A DNA stretch of 63,616 nt, filler included, from Octopus bimaculoides (taxonomy: Eukaryota): assembly GCF_001194135.2 (NCBI RefSeq). It is 4 parts of 4 records of this genome, joined end to end, with 100 filler letters (N's around TTAATTAATTAA, not from the genome) between each part and the next. Parts side by side here need not be neighbours in the genome. Positions count along the whole stretch, not along the records: positions 18,975 to 30,369 come from NC_068984.1; positions 30,470 to 62,375 come from NC_068991.1; 2 more parts are not named here. One strand, written 5' to 3'. The notes under the pieces are model-generated. The model was not told where the DNA came from. It saw only the letters and a program-made list of their open reading frames with translations, and made no database searches. The position numbers and the translations under genes are program-made. Positions 22,641 to 34,551 of this stretch are shown here, piece after piece (within the stretch, counting starts at the first letter, position 1; each line of letters starts with the position of its first letter).

Positions 22641-23444
22641 CAGTAAAGTGTTGGATAGGGTTTCGAGTGACTTTATTTGTGAGACTAGCAACGAGAGTTC
22701 GATCTACGGCACGGAGCGGTGGATAAAGAGAGGTGAGAGGATTAGGGTAGGTGTGAGGGTGAGTGAGGAAGTGGGGTGGGGGAGGAGAGGGTAGGAGTGA
22801 GGGTAAGAGGTGGTGCTGGGGTGGAAATGTGTTTGATGTATAAAAAGAAGCCAATAATAGGAAATATCAGCGATTTTGTGAGGAAGAGAAAGTGAGGCCA
22901 AAGGGAAGAAGAGGAAGGAGAGAGAAGGAGAGAGTGAGGGAAGAGGGAGAGATATTGGGGGAGAAGGAGTGAGTAAGGAATTGAGAGAGAAAGAGAGTGA
23001 GGGGGAGTAGTTGAGTGACAGAGAGGGAGTGAGTTAAAGAGAATGGTGCAACATGAGAGAAATAAACAAAAAGAGGAAGAAAAAGAGGAAGATATAAAAT
23101 AGGAAGGATGAAGATGAGGAGGAGGAAGCGGGGGAGGAGGAGAAGTGAATGAAGAAGTTTAGTTTAGGAAAAAGAGGTGAAGAATGAATTATATGTGTGG
23201 GAAATATAGGAGAAGGAAAGAAAATAACAATGAAAAGGAAAGCGGTAGACAGAGAGAGAGGGCAATAAGTTACTCTGTGTGTGTGTGCGTGTGATTATAA
23301 TAGCTGGTACTTAGTACCTCACATTTCATTATTCGGATTTCACGTTTCCCATCAAAAAATGTGCTGTGCTGTTTTAACTTTCTGGTCTGTGCTCACTCTC
23401 TCCTTCTGTATCTTTTCGTTTTCGTTTCTTTTTCTTTACTCAAG

Positions 23445-24095
23445 AATAACTATTCACCGGCGAATCTTGTCCGCTGGAACAGACAAACGACTGATGAATT
23501 TAGATGCGGAGAGAAAGCGACGGTGAGACATGTTCTGTGAAACTGCAGGCTAGCACTAGACAAGATATACATGGCGTCACAATCACGTCCGCGGCGTCAT
23601 AAGCGCAGCACTCAAGAAGATCGAGGGATATAATAAGAGAGAGTACCCAAAAGTGGGAAAGCGTGGAAAGGATATACTTTCAGAAGGAGGGAAAAAGGAC
23701 ATACGGCCAGGTCTTCAAATAAAGTATACGAGACAGACGAAAGATGGAAGGGATACTGGGAGCTGGCCGCGGATTTGGAAAGGCTGTTAACGTTTCCACC
23801 CATAAAAACAACAAAAAGATCGGACTTAATCCTATGGAACACAGAACGGAGAATTGGAATTTTGCTGGAGCTGACAGCGCCATGGGAAGAGAACATCGCT
23901 AAGGGAGGGCAACGGAAGGAGAAAAGATATGAGGGATTAATCGAAGAGTGCAGAGAACAGGGATGGACTATCGAGTATTACCACCAGGTAGTGAGGGATA
24001 GGGGCTTCATTGAAAAGTAATAAGAAGGATACGGGAGGCAGTCGACAAAAGCCAGCTTCTATATATGGCTGAAACGAGAAGACCCAAAATAGCTT
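23445..24095 (+). mobile_element. HERO/NeSL-like RLE non-LTR retrotransposon 3' end (CCHC finger plus restriction-like endonuclease), decayed
   Basis: PANLVRW..CGEKATVRHVL..C..YTWRHNHV, then KRSDLILWN..LLELTAPWEENI..RKEKRYEGLIEECREQGW..RGFIEK. Confidence 0.75.
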
Positions 24096-24699
24096 CAAAG
24101 CCATAGCATGCCGACTGGGAAATAGCATCGCTAGGTGAGGCTGGCTGACACTTAAGCAGCATCGCTGATTGACAGGTGGGCCAAGGTAGCGATCTCGTTC
24201 GTAGGGCGCCCTCCTCCTGATTCGAAGGTTTGTACCACCAAACAGCTGGTCAGCTCTGGCTGCTGGAACTGAAACTAACACGACACTATTGGAAGGCAAG
24301 TTTAGAGAGGGTGCGGGCTAAAACTATGCACTCTTCCCCATCATTGGTCGGTTGAAGCTTAGACAGTGTCACGTGACAGATAGCTGCTGCTGGCTGCTGG
24401 AGCCTACCGGCGAGTATTTAAGGGGAAATTTGGCAGGATGGTCATTTGCCCGCTGACATTCGTTGACGCTGCATCGAAGAAACCAAAGATCAACAGAAAA
24501 AAAAGGAGAAAGAAGAAAAGCACTCCGAAGGTGGGTGGCACGACATCTAAAACGGTAGAAGAGTAGGGGCCGAAACCGGACGTGGTTCCTTTTGATGATG
24601 TCTTTACCCACTGGATCCTATAACGGAGCCGTTGAGATGGCGAACTACGAAACGTGGATGGAATTCCCCTACATCTATCGATCTTTCAATATTCTCTAT

Positions 24700-24701
24700 C
24701 C

Positions 24702-24775
<74 letters not shown>
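24700..24775. repeat. (CTAT)n microsatellite
   Basis: Directly visible. Confidence 0.95.
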
Positions 24776-24981
24776 ATACGCGGGCGTGTGTATGTATGGA
24801 GGCAATTATGCGGATAAACAAATTATATATATTAAATATAACAATTTGAGTATGAAATACAAAATATGTATATATGAATACATGCAAAACGAGAGAAAGC
24901 AAAGAATGGAGACTTGCAGACGATGAATATTTAAGTATTAAATATATAGGTATTCATATCAATAGATCCAGCTTACACTGA

Positions 24982-25115
24982 GTAATGGAAGCAATCAATA
25001 TTGGATAAGTCGAGCCTCCGTCATCAAGGTACAAAAGATCTTACATTTTAGACCTCAATGAAGAGAAGTTCAAAGATGGACGCTCGATTTATCCAATGTT
25101 GATTGATTCCATTAC
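24982..25115. repeat. 41-bp inverted repeat with a 52-nt spacer
   Basis: Arms 24982-25022 and 25075-25115, 5 mismatches. Confidence 0.85.
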
Positions 25116-25212
25116 AGCTGCATATTGTGATGAACTATATCTACCATATACACAATCCCCATAATTGCCTCCATATCAGCTCGACTTCATTCCTCTTGTA
25201 GCCTTTCCTTAC

Positions 25213-25309
25213 CCCGGGGAAACGTTCCCCTGTAAAGACATTGGAATCTAAGTTTGAATTCTTTGAGCTCTACTAAGTGTCTTCTATGCTGAGAATCTCT
25301 GGATCTCAG
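25213..25309 (-). CDS. Candidate 97-nt exon LRSRDSQHRRHLVELKEFKLRFQCLYRGTFPR
   Basis: Acceptor tattccacag| and donor |gtaagg; only phase 0 is open. Not recognised. Confidence 0.3.
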
Positions 25310-25326
25310 CTGTGGAATATATATAC

Positions 25327-25390
<64 letters not shown>

Positions 25391-25391
25391 C

Positions 25392-25609
25392 TAAGGCGGC
25401 GAGCTGGCAGAAACGGTAGCACACCGGGTGAAATGCTTAACGGTATTTCGTCTGTCTTTACGTTCTGAGTTCAAATTTCGCCGAGGTCGATTTTGCCTTT
25501 CATCCTTTCGGGTGTCAATAAATTAAGTACCAGTTACGCACTGGTATCGATTTAATCGATTGGGTCCCGTCCCCTAAAATTTCGAGCCTTGTGCCTAGAG
25601 TAGAAAAGA

Positions 25610-25610
<1 letters not shown>
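25392..25610 (+). mobile_element. SINE family 'A'
   Basis: GGCGGCGAGCTGGCAGAAACGGTAGC..GAGTTCAAATTTCGCCGAGGTCG.. Confidence 0.9.
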
Positions 25611-25651
<41 letters not shown>

Positions 25652-25955
25652 TCGTCTTTACAGTATAAACATCATTAGACAGACCCTGTGAATTTGGTAA
25701 GAAAGCATCTAAACTTCCAGAGGAGACGTGAAAGTTTATTTCAGTAGTTTCTCTTCTTCAATTTATCGTCTTATAAAACCATTGAAACTGGTGGCATATT
25801 TTGATAAAAAATGTTTTCTTTTTTATTATTCACCATCAAATTCTCATATTTTCTTTCTGTTTTTTTTTTTAATAGAAATTTGTGTGAAACCTCTTAATCT
25901 TTTTCAGTATACTTACACATACACAAATGCATACACACACACACACACACACATT

Positions 25956-26054
25956 GGTCTTACCTATATTAATAATACAATAACGTACCTTTGCTGTTGT
26001 AAACAAATTGAATATATACAAACATATACATACATACAGGCACACACACACACA

Positions 26055-26099
<45 letters not shown>

Positions 26100-26213
26100 A
26101 TCTATATATATGTGTGTGCGCGTGCCTGTATGTATGTATATATATGTGTGTATATATTCAGTTTGTTTATGACAGTAAAGGTACATTTTTGTATTATTAA
26201 TGTAGGTAAGACC
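25956..26213. repeat. About 90-bp inverted repeat around a (CA)/(TA)n spacer
   Basis: Arms 25956-26043 and 26122-26213; 8 substitutions plus a microsatellite length difference. Confidence 0.85.
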
Positions 26214-26529
26214 GGTGTGATTGGAGCAGACAATTACCACCAGAAATTGAAATATCGACCATTAGAGTTTCTGCAAGTCAGCTGTTTATTGTTGTGACTA
26301 ATGTATAAAGACTGTGTGGTTATTATTGTGTTATGGGTGTTATTTTCATCATTAATCATCTAATTTTGTGGGTAATTCAATTTAGTCTAGATGTGTTATC
26401 CTCTAATGTGCTTCTGTCTAGTTTCCTGTTGTGTGTATGTGTTGTAGTATATTCCAATTGCTCCCTGATGAAGGTACATGTTATGCTGTCAACGGAGTAT
26501 TGCATTCCTAAGACCAACAGTTGGAAAAA

Positions 26530-26745
26530 AGGCGGTGAACTGGCAGAGTCGTTACAGTGCTCAGAGCAAAATGCTTAGCGGCATTTCGTCCGTCTTTACG
26601 TTCTGAGTTCAAATTCCGCCAAGGTCGACTTGCCTTTTATATTTTCGGGGTCGATAAAATACGTACCAGTTGAGCACTGGGGTTGATGTAATCGTCTTAC
26701 TCCCCACCTGAAATTGCTGGCCTTGTGCCAAAATTTGAAACGAAT
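26530..26745 (+). mobile_element. SINE family 'A'
   Basis: GGCGGTGAACTGGCAGAG..GAGTTCAAATTCCGCCAAGGTCG.. Confidence 0.85.
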
Positions 26746-26899
26746 GTTACAGTTGAAAATGAAAAGTTTACCTTCATACATTCAATGACATCTATAAATT
26801 AGCGCGGCCCTTTGCTGCTCGTAGTCGGGTTGACATGATTGTAGTTTGTTATTTGAGGAGATGTGTTTTGTAGTCTATTATTAATGTTAATATAGGATT

Positions 26900-27230
26900 C
26901 TTCAGAGCAACGAAATGGACTGTGCTGATATATGGAGTCGAAAGCAACAAACTCCGCCAAAACATCAGTTGGGCGGGTTCCTACACAAGGTTACAATAAG
27001 CAAGAGTCAACATACCTTGAAGGAAACATGCCATTTCCGATTTCTATGGCAACCATAATGCAACGATAAGGACTATGGTTCATGGGTCTCTCTTGAGATA
27101 GTAAAGATAAGCTGCAACCGCATCTGTTGTTGCTACAAAAACCAGCTCGGAGCAAAAATTATGAGGAAGATTTTACATTGCGTACCTCGATATAAAATTA
27201 GCACAAAACATTGGAAGAATACAATTTGTG
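26900..27230 (+). mobile_element. RTE-like LINE C-terminal remnant
   Basis: FRATKWTVLIYGVES..GSYTRL; resembles the RTE post-RT region, heavily decayed. Confidence 0.55.
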
Positions 27231-27692
27231 CATCAGGCTGATGTTTATAGTCGATCGTATTTACTGCGGGGGGGGGGGGCGGTCAGTGATTAAGGGCGTC
27301 TGAGTTCACTGGGAGAAGAAATTACGATTAATTTATTGGTTTAGTCTAATCCATTTTCTGTTCTGTTTTATTAGCTTTTGATATGGTGGTCATATATTTC
27401 ATATCTCGTATGTGTGTGTGTGTGTGTGTCTGTGTATATATATATATTTATATATATATATATAATATATATAATATATATATAGGTAGTATATGTATAT
27501 GTATATATATATATGTATATATGCATATGTGTATATATATGCATGTATGCGTGTGTGTACATATATATATATATATATATATACAGCACATACATATTCA
27601 CACGCACGTGCACGCACGCATATATATATATGTGTGTGTGTATATATTTATATATATGCATATATATATACATATTTACATACATATGTATA

Positions 27693-27728
<36 letters not shown>

Positions 27729-28599
27729 TGTATGTATGTATGTGTAATATACTTTATGTGAGTTTGGTATCGAATGGTCATTGGTATCTAATGCATTGAT
27801 TAGGCTGTATTCGTGGCTATGACTTGGTCTCTGACTTTGTTAGAATCTCGTCTGTTGTTGTTTAAAGTCTGTTTTTCTCTGCAGACTTACGCAGCGAGGG
27901 ATTCGCTTGTTGAGGAGAGGCGAAAGATTCGTCTACGGCTAGGGATTTCAGCACTGATCTTTTATGTCTGTATAAATATCTGGTCGTTCCCTGCGCGCAT
28001 GTGTATGTGTGTGTGTGTGTGTGTATGTGTGTGTGTGTGTGTGTGTGTGTATGTGAATATGTGAGTATGTGTATGTATGTATGTGTAAATGTGCTTGTGT
28101 ATGTGTGTGTATGTGTGTGTATGTATGTGTGTGTGTATATGTGTGTGTGCGTGCATTCATTTTTATCTTTGATGCAAACTGCTACTCATTAACAGCAAGA
28201 ACACGAACAACAGCAACACATCATCAGGTGTCGTCTGCTTTCATCTGTTTCACCACCATATCGCACCAAGTCAGTCTTTCTTGTGCTGTCCTCCTTATAC
28301 ATAAATTCCACTCTATCTCAAACCTTATGGATATCAACTCTTCCCCTCCATCCATATATTTCTTTTTTCTTTCCTCCCCTCTCTCTCTCTCTCTGTCTCT
28401 GTCTGTCTGTCTATCTGTATGTCTCTGTCTGTCTGTCTATCTGTATGTCTCTGTCTGTCTGTCTATCTGTATGTCTCTCTCTTTCTCTCTCCCCATTAAT
28501 TCTTGCCTTCTTAACAAACTCCATAATACATTTTTTCCTAATTAAATCTCCGAAATATTTTTACTTTTCTCTCTTTGATGTTGTCTAATAAAATTCTTT

Positions 28600-28790
28600 C
28601 AGTTTTGCCATTCTTAATTCTTCCTCATTGGTTTTGCGTTGTGTCCATGATATTCTCAAACCTTTTCTCTATACCGACATCTCAAAGACTTCCAATCATT
28701 TGTTAATGTCCATTTTTCTGCTCCATACAGTTGACTCGGCAACACATAACACTTTAATAATCCGTTTTTTTCCCTAGTTTCAGGATTAAT
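28600..28790 (-). mobile_element. RTE-like LINE C-terminal remnant
   Basis: Minus strand reads ..YGAE..W..LEVFEM.. across frameshifts. Confidence 0.5.
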
Positions 28791-28831
28791 GTTTCTTCAT
28801 GTTAATATGTCTGACAATATTTTTTCACATC

Positions 28832-28903
<72 letters not shown>

Positions 28904-29698
28904 CCCATCTCTTTATCCATCTATCTACCTATCCGCCTATTTATTTCAATCTTTCGTTCGACTTGTATTTCACATTTTCCATTTTCTTATCTTTGATCGC
29001 CTTTTAATTGACCTCCCGTCATTTATAATATTCTTTTCTGGTGATTTTGGCAGAATCTTTACCTCTCCGGGCAAAATGCTTAGCGGCATTTAGTCCGTCT
29101 TTACGCTTTGAGTTTAAATGTCGCCGGGCATAATGATGTGCGGGATCCAATTGAATCGAGGTATTTTAATAATAAAGACACCAATTTAGGGCAGAGAATA
29201 GCATATTCATGTATAAACTGTAGATACGGACGCTCACGCATATATCAATGCATATATGGACTTGGCTTACCATTTACACATTGATATAAAAATACATGCA
29301 TACGTAAAGTCATATACAGGTGAACTCTGGTCTTCAGTTTCACGGTCCAGTGTAAGATCGGGGTCCTAACGTAGCGGGGGTTTCAAACATGATGTAAAAA
29401 CAGAAATTGGTTGAGGTTCCCTACAGCTGTTTCTATGGATTTAAATACCAAGGTGCAGAAAATTAGACGGATTTAGAAGGGCCGCAAGATTAAACATAAA
29501 ATATAAAGATGCAATGAAATAATATCAATGATATCGAAAACAAGTTGTCTTTACCGAAGAGAAACCAAAGATGTTAATATGAATATCTATTTAGAAAAAA
29601 TACTTAGGGTACATATACCCCATCGTACCGGGACGAGGGTGTCATGATACATTCTTTATAACCCAAATCTAAAATGTTAAAATATATTTTAAAATTTT

Positions 29699-29743
29699 AT
29701 TCTCCTGAAGAAACGGCTTTTTTTTTCATGAAACGTAGTGAAT
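29699..29743 (+). ncRNA. Degenerate minimal hammerhead motif
   Basis: ATTCTC-CTGAAGA-..-GAA-ACGT-A-GTGAAT; stem II is poorly paired. Confidence 0.45.
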
Positions 29744-29807
29744 CCCAACCCACTAGTGTTCTAATACACGTGTGTCTATGTGTGTGTTTGAGTATATATA
29801 TATATAT

Positions 29808-30360
29808 TACTGCTTCTAGCTATGGTCACCCAACTGTGCAAAATTAACAGCGGACCTTGAAGCAATCCAGCGAAGCTTCACAAAGAAGATCGTCTCATTG
29901 CAATGGCTCAGCTACTGGGAAAGGCTGAAACAGCTAAGACTCTACTCCCTGGAGAGAAGGCGGGAGAGGTATGCAGTAATATACATCTGGAAGATCCTAG
30001 AAGGAATTGTGCCAAATTTTGGCATTGAAAGCTGCACCAATGCCAGAACGGGACGACACTGCATAGTGCCAAAGATCCCAGCAACGCCTTCGCGCTTCAG
30101 GACTAGTTACAGCTATTTAATATTCTCCCAAAGAGCCTGAAGAACCTGCACAAAGTAGATGTAGGCGTTGTTAAATCAAGGCTGGACCTCTTCCTGTCGA
30201 GAATCCCAGATGAACCTACCTCACGGCAAGAGGTTCAAATGAGTGTAGCTGCATCAAACTCCATTCTTCACCAAGTGCCATATTTTGGAAGAGGTTCTCA
30301 GTAATATCAGTGAAGCGAAACGGTGGTGCTCTAGCATGGCCACTGCTCTGAGCTAAAAAT
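29808..30360 (+). mobile_element. CR1-like LINE 3' end
   Basis: LWSPNCAKLTADLEAIQRSFTKKI..LSYWERLKQLRLYSLERRRERYAVIYIWKILEG; tail GGTGCTCTAGCATGGCC. Confidence 0.88.
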
Positions 30361-31299
30361 ACAGATATANNNNNNNNNNNNNNNNNNNNNNNNNNNNNNN
30401 NNNNNNNNNNNNNTTAATTAATTAANNNNNNNNNNNNNNNNNNNNNNNNNNNNNNNNNNNNNNNNNNNNTATATAAATAGATAGATAGATAGATTTATAG
30501 ATAGATACACAAGCGTTTGCGCACGCGCAGTACTTGTGTGTGCTCGCGCGTCGGGGTGGGGTGTCTGTCTGTCTGTGTGTGCGTACCCTATAAGAAATCG
30601 TTCCTGAATACATAAAATTGACCTAAATTTAGATATTTCATATGTACTGTATACCCCTAAAAATTAAATAACATTTATATATAAGCATATCTCCCACGCC
30701 ATTTTATCTATTTCAAAGCCTTTTCTAAGAAACTCTATTAATATGAATAAAATTATTTGCCGAGCCTTACATGCTCCACAAATCTCCTGCGCGTATATTT
30801 TTTAATAAAAATGCATCTTCACTTTTCTTTCATATTTATAAGCACGAACCTTCTTGACCTATTCACATCTAAAATACAAGTATGATCATATCTTATAATT
30901 TTACGTAATGCAATATGAGTGTTTATTTTCACGTAATGAAATATGAGAGTTAAATATGAGGGGAAAGTATGAGAGCTACTTTCGCATGACTTTGATCATT
31001 CATGAGTGTGAATGATAATATGAAAGAAACCATAAGCGCGTTCGTATATCAAAGTGAGGACAGATTCCCGGCACCAAAACTTCTCTTTATAATTTTATTT
31101 CATGTAATTATCTAAAGAGTTTGCTTTAAATTATTTTAAACTATAAAGCGTCTTCAATATCTTTTCTAATATCATTTTGAATATTTTACCTATTTACATG
31201 TTCGATTTTCTTGACGAAACATATTTGTGAATATTAAATATCGAATCTTACTCTTTACAATATTGATAAATTCCACGATTAATTGACGATAGAAAACGA

Positions 31300-31490
31300 G
31301 GAGTTTGGCGGAATAGTTACCACACCCGACAAAAGCGTCGTGGCATTCATGTTCTGAGTTCCAATACCACCAATATCGACTTTCCCTTTCATCTTTTCGG
31401 GAATCGAGTGAATGAGTACCAACTGAGTGCTAGGGCCGATGTAGGCAAGTACGCTCGCCCCTTAAAACCAGAAGCCCTGATCCTATTTTA
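31300..31490 (+). mobile_element. Degenerate SINE 'A' copy (others near 29062-29130, 33200-33360 and 51440-51620)
   Basis: GTTCTGAGTTCCAATACC..CGACTTTCCCTTTCATC matches the family-A body. Confidence 0.55.
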
Positions 31491-31900
31491 GCCATGTGAA
31501 ATCATCATTTAACGGCCTGTTAAAAACAAAATATCACATTGTTAAGGATAAATGATATTTATAATGAAATGGATTCCCTGAAATTTCTTCATTATCCCAC
31601 ATCGTTGTTAACTCACAATAAATACATAAGCATCTTTTACGTTAATGCTTTGACTACTAATTATACATTTTAACAGTCATGCCTGTTATATATATATAAG
31701 GCACTATTCCGCGATGGTAAGATCAACAAAACGTACTCCGTTTGGTGAGAAATTAATATTATTTAATGAACAGGTATGAAAACGGATCAAAAAACTTTTA
31801 AGCTGTGCAAAGTTGAAAGTTCACAGATATTTTTGAGATCTAAGAACCCCACCGCACTGCTGAATTCCAGATCTGAAAATTTCATCGGATATAAACATAC

Positions 31901-31938
31901 GGAAAGGTTTCGGATGGCAAATTGAAAAATACCACCGT
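31901..31938 (-). CDS. Candidate 38-nt exon (all three frames open)
   Basis: Acceptor ctcaatttgcag| and donor |gtatgt. Confidence 0.15.
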
Positions 31939-33016
31939 CTGCAAATTGAGCAGCTGTACCGCAGACAGTAGGCTGTTATCCATTCAGTCATATGACTTTA
32001 CGGTCAAAGGCAACATAACTGGAATCCTGCTCTTTTTCTCTTTTTCCTTTTTCGTTGTACTGTGTTTTCAACGTTCCACCTTTTACATCTACTATTCTCT
32101 AGCCTTCTCACGTATACTCTTTTTTTTGTTTTGTTTTTTTTTGCTTGTATCGTTGTTTTAGCTTGTTATGCTATGTGGACACAACTTGAAAAATGCTTGA
32201 ACGCACCAAGCGTTATGAAATGCTGTCCGAATTGATTTCTTCGCATCAAAAATTAATTTATCATAAAAATATATACTGTTTTCTTTTTGGAAAATTGTAT
32301 ATNNNNNNNNNNNNNNNNNNNNNNNNNNNNNNNNNNNNNNNNNNNNNNNNNNNNNNNNNNNNNNNNNNNNNNNNNNNNNNNNNNNNNNNNNNNNNNNNNN
32401 NNNNNNNNNNNNNNNNNNNNNNNNNNNNNNNNNNNNNNNNNNNNNNNNNNNNNNATATATATACATATATTAGAATAAAAAGGATTGCTATTTTAATATT
32501 TTAATATTTATTGGCTTCTCCTTTCAAAGGTGTGCATATACATATATTAGAATTCATTTCAATTTTTAAAAAAAATTATCAATAATCCTCCGTGTTTTCA
32601 TCGAGTTCTTTCTATATCTTCTTTTATATATATATGTTAGTAGTTAGAGAATGAATACCTATATTAAACCTACCTATGTTGTAACATTTAATCAATACTA
32701 AGTTAATACGTGGAGTGAGGCTAATTGACGTTTTTACAGAAAACATACCTATAGCATGAAATCGAATCTGTCTAAAAATACTTTAAGAGATGACCATCAA
32801 TTTTATTAGAAATCTGATGTGGCTGGCAACGTTTTTCAACATACAAGCAACAATCTGAATAATGGTCGTAAACACTGATTTAAATTCAATAAATGTTCAT
32901 GGACAAAATTATTACGAGAAAGCATTTGAAAATGGGCTATTCTTATGAAGATAAAAGCCAAGCGAAATAATAATGACTTGTAGAATCGGCACAAAAGCAA
33001 ATAAGTATTAGCTTAC

Positions 33017-33113
33017 TTTGACATGACACAACCAGAATACAAATACTTATACCAATGCCATGTTACTAAGTCTTTTACCAACAACTGCCATGGACCAGAA
33101 TACCTTAAATGAG
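33017..33113 (-). CDS. Candidate 97-nt exon (A)HLRYSGPWQLLVKDLVTWHWYKYLYSGCVMS
   Basis: Acceptor tttttgagtgtttag| and donor |gtaagc; single open frame (phase 1 to 2). Not recognised. Confidence 0.3.
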
Positions 33114-33532
33114 CTAAACACTCAAAAATATAAAAATTGATATGGATTTTCAACGAGAACGTTGTAACTGCACTTAGCAAACATTAATATCAATGTCGTT
33201 GTGGTATTTCGTCCGTCTTTTTAGTTTGAGTTCAAATACTATCGAGTTCAAATATCATCCTCTAGCGGTCGATTATATAAGTACTTTGAGTACTGGGGTA
33301 GATGAAATCGACCTACCTCCTATCTCGAAATTGCTGGTCTTGTTTTAAAATTTGAAAGCAATATCAAAGGCTATAGTTACAAAATCAGACAGAAGCACTA
33401 TATTCGCTCGATTAACTCCGCACAATCGATAAAACTGAGTCAAACAGAACACCTTCAAACTTTGAACGTGACATACAAATGACATACACAAATACATACA
33501 TAGATGCATACATACATACATATATACATGCA

Positions 33533-33564
<32 letters not shown>

Positions 33565-34511
33565 CATATATATATATATATATANNNNNNNNNNNNNNNN
33601 NNNNNNNNNNNNNNNNNNNNNNNNNNNNNNNNNNNNNNNNNNNNNNNNNNNNNNNNNNNNNNNNNNNNNNNNNNNNNNNNNNNNNNNNNNNNNNNNNNNN
33701 NNNNNNNNNNNNNNNNNNNNNNNNNNNNNNNNNNNNNNNNNNNNNNNNNNNNNNNNNNNNNNNNNNNNNNNNNNNNNNNNNNNNNNNNNNNNNNNNNNNN
33801 NNNNNNNNNNNNNNNNNNNNNNNNNNNNNNNNNNNNNNNNNNNNNNNNNNNNNNNNNNNNNNNNNNNNNNNNNNNNNNNNNNNNNNNNNNNNNNNNNNNN
33901 NNNNNNNNNNNNNNNNNNNNNNNNNNNNNNNNNNNNNNNNNNNNNNNNNNNNNNNNNNNNNNNNNNNNNNNNNNNNNNNATATATATATATATATAAATA
34001 CATATATTCATATGTCTATGACGGTGGGTGTGTGTATGTGCGTGTGTGCACACACCTGGATTTGATTTCTGCTGAACTCTTTCTCTGAGAAACTGCAAAA
34101 CTAATAGATCTTAGCTACAACCATCTAAATTGTTATTTTTAGTGATATTATTTGCTTTAAAATGTTTTATATAATGGAAACTTCAAAGTTCATTTATTTA
34201 ATTCGTTTCATCTTGAGTAACAAACCAGATCCCGTGAACAAACGACTTATTTCCTCAAACAATTATTTCATGGTATATGTTCATCAAATTTGTCATTCTT
34301 TCCTTTTGTTGTTTTCAAACGAGCAGTCATGAGAAAGTATTGAAAGTTGTGCCAGACGAACCTAAACGGATAATCAGTCAACCAATATTTCATACATTTT
34401 GCAGACGTTTTAATAGATAATTGCAGTGTTGGATTTTTCATATATATATATGCATATGTGTGTGTGTATATGTATGTATGTATATATAAATAAATATATA
34501 TATATATATAA

Positions 34512-34551
<40 letters not shown>

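Noticed and set aside
24625-24665. GTTGAGATGGCGAACTACGAAACGTGG as a hammerhead
   Set aside because: No CUGANGA core and no adjacent stem I.
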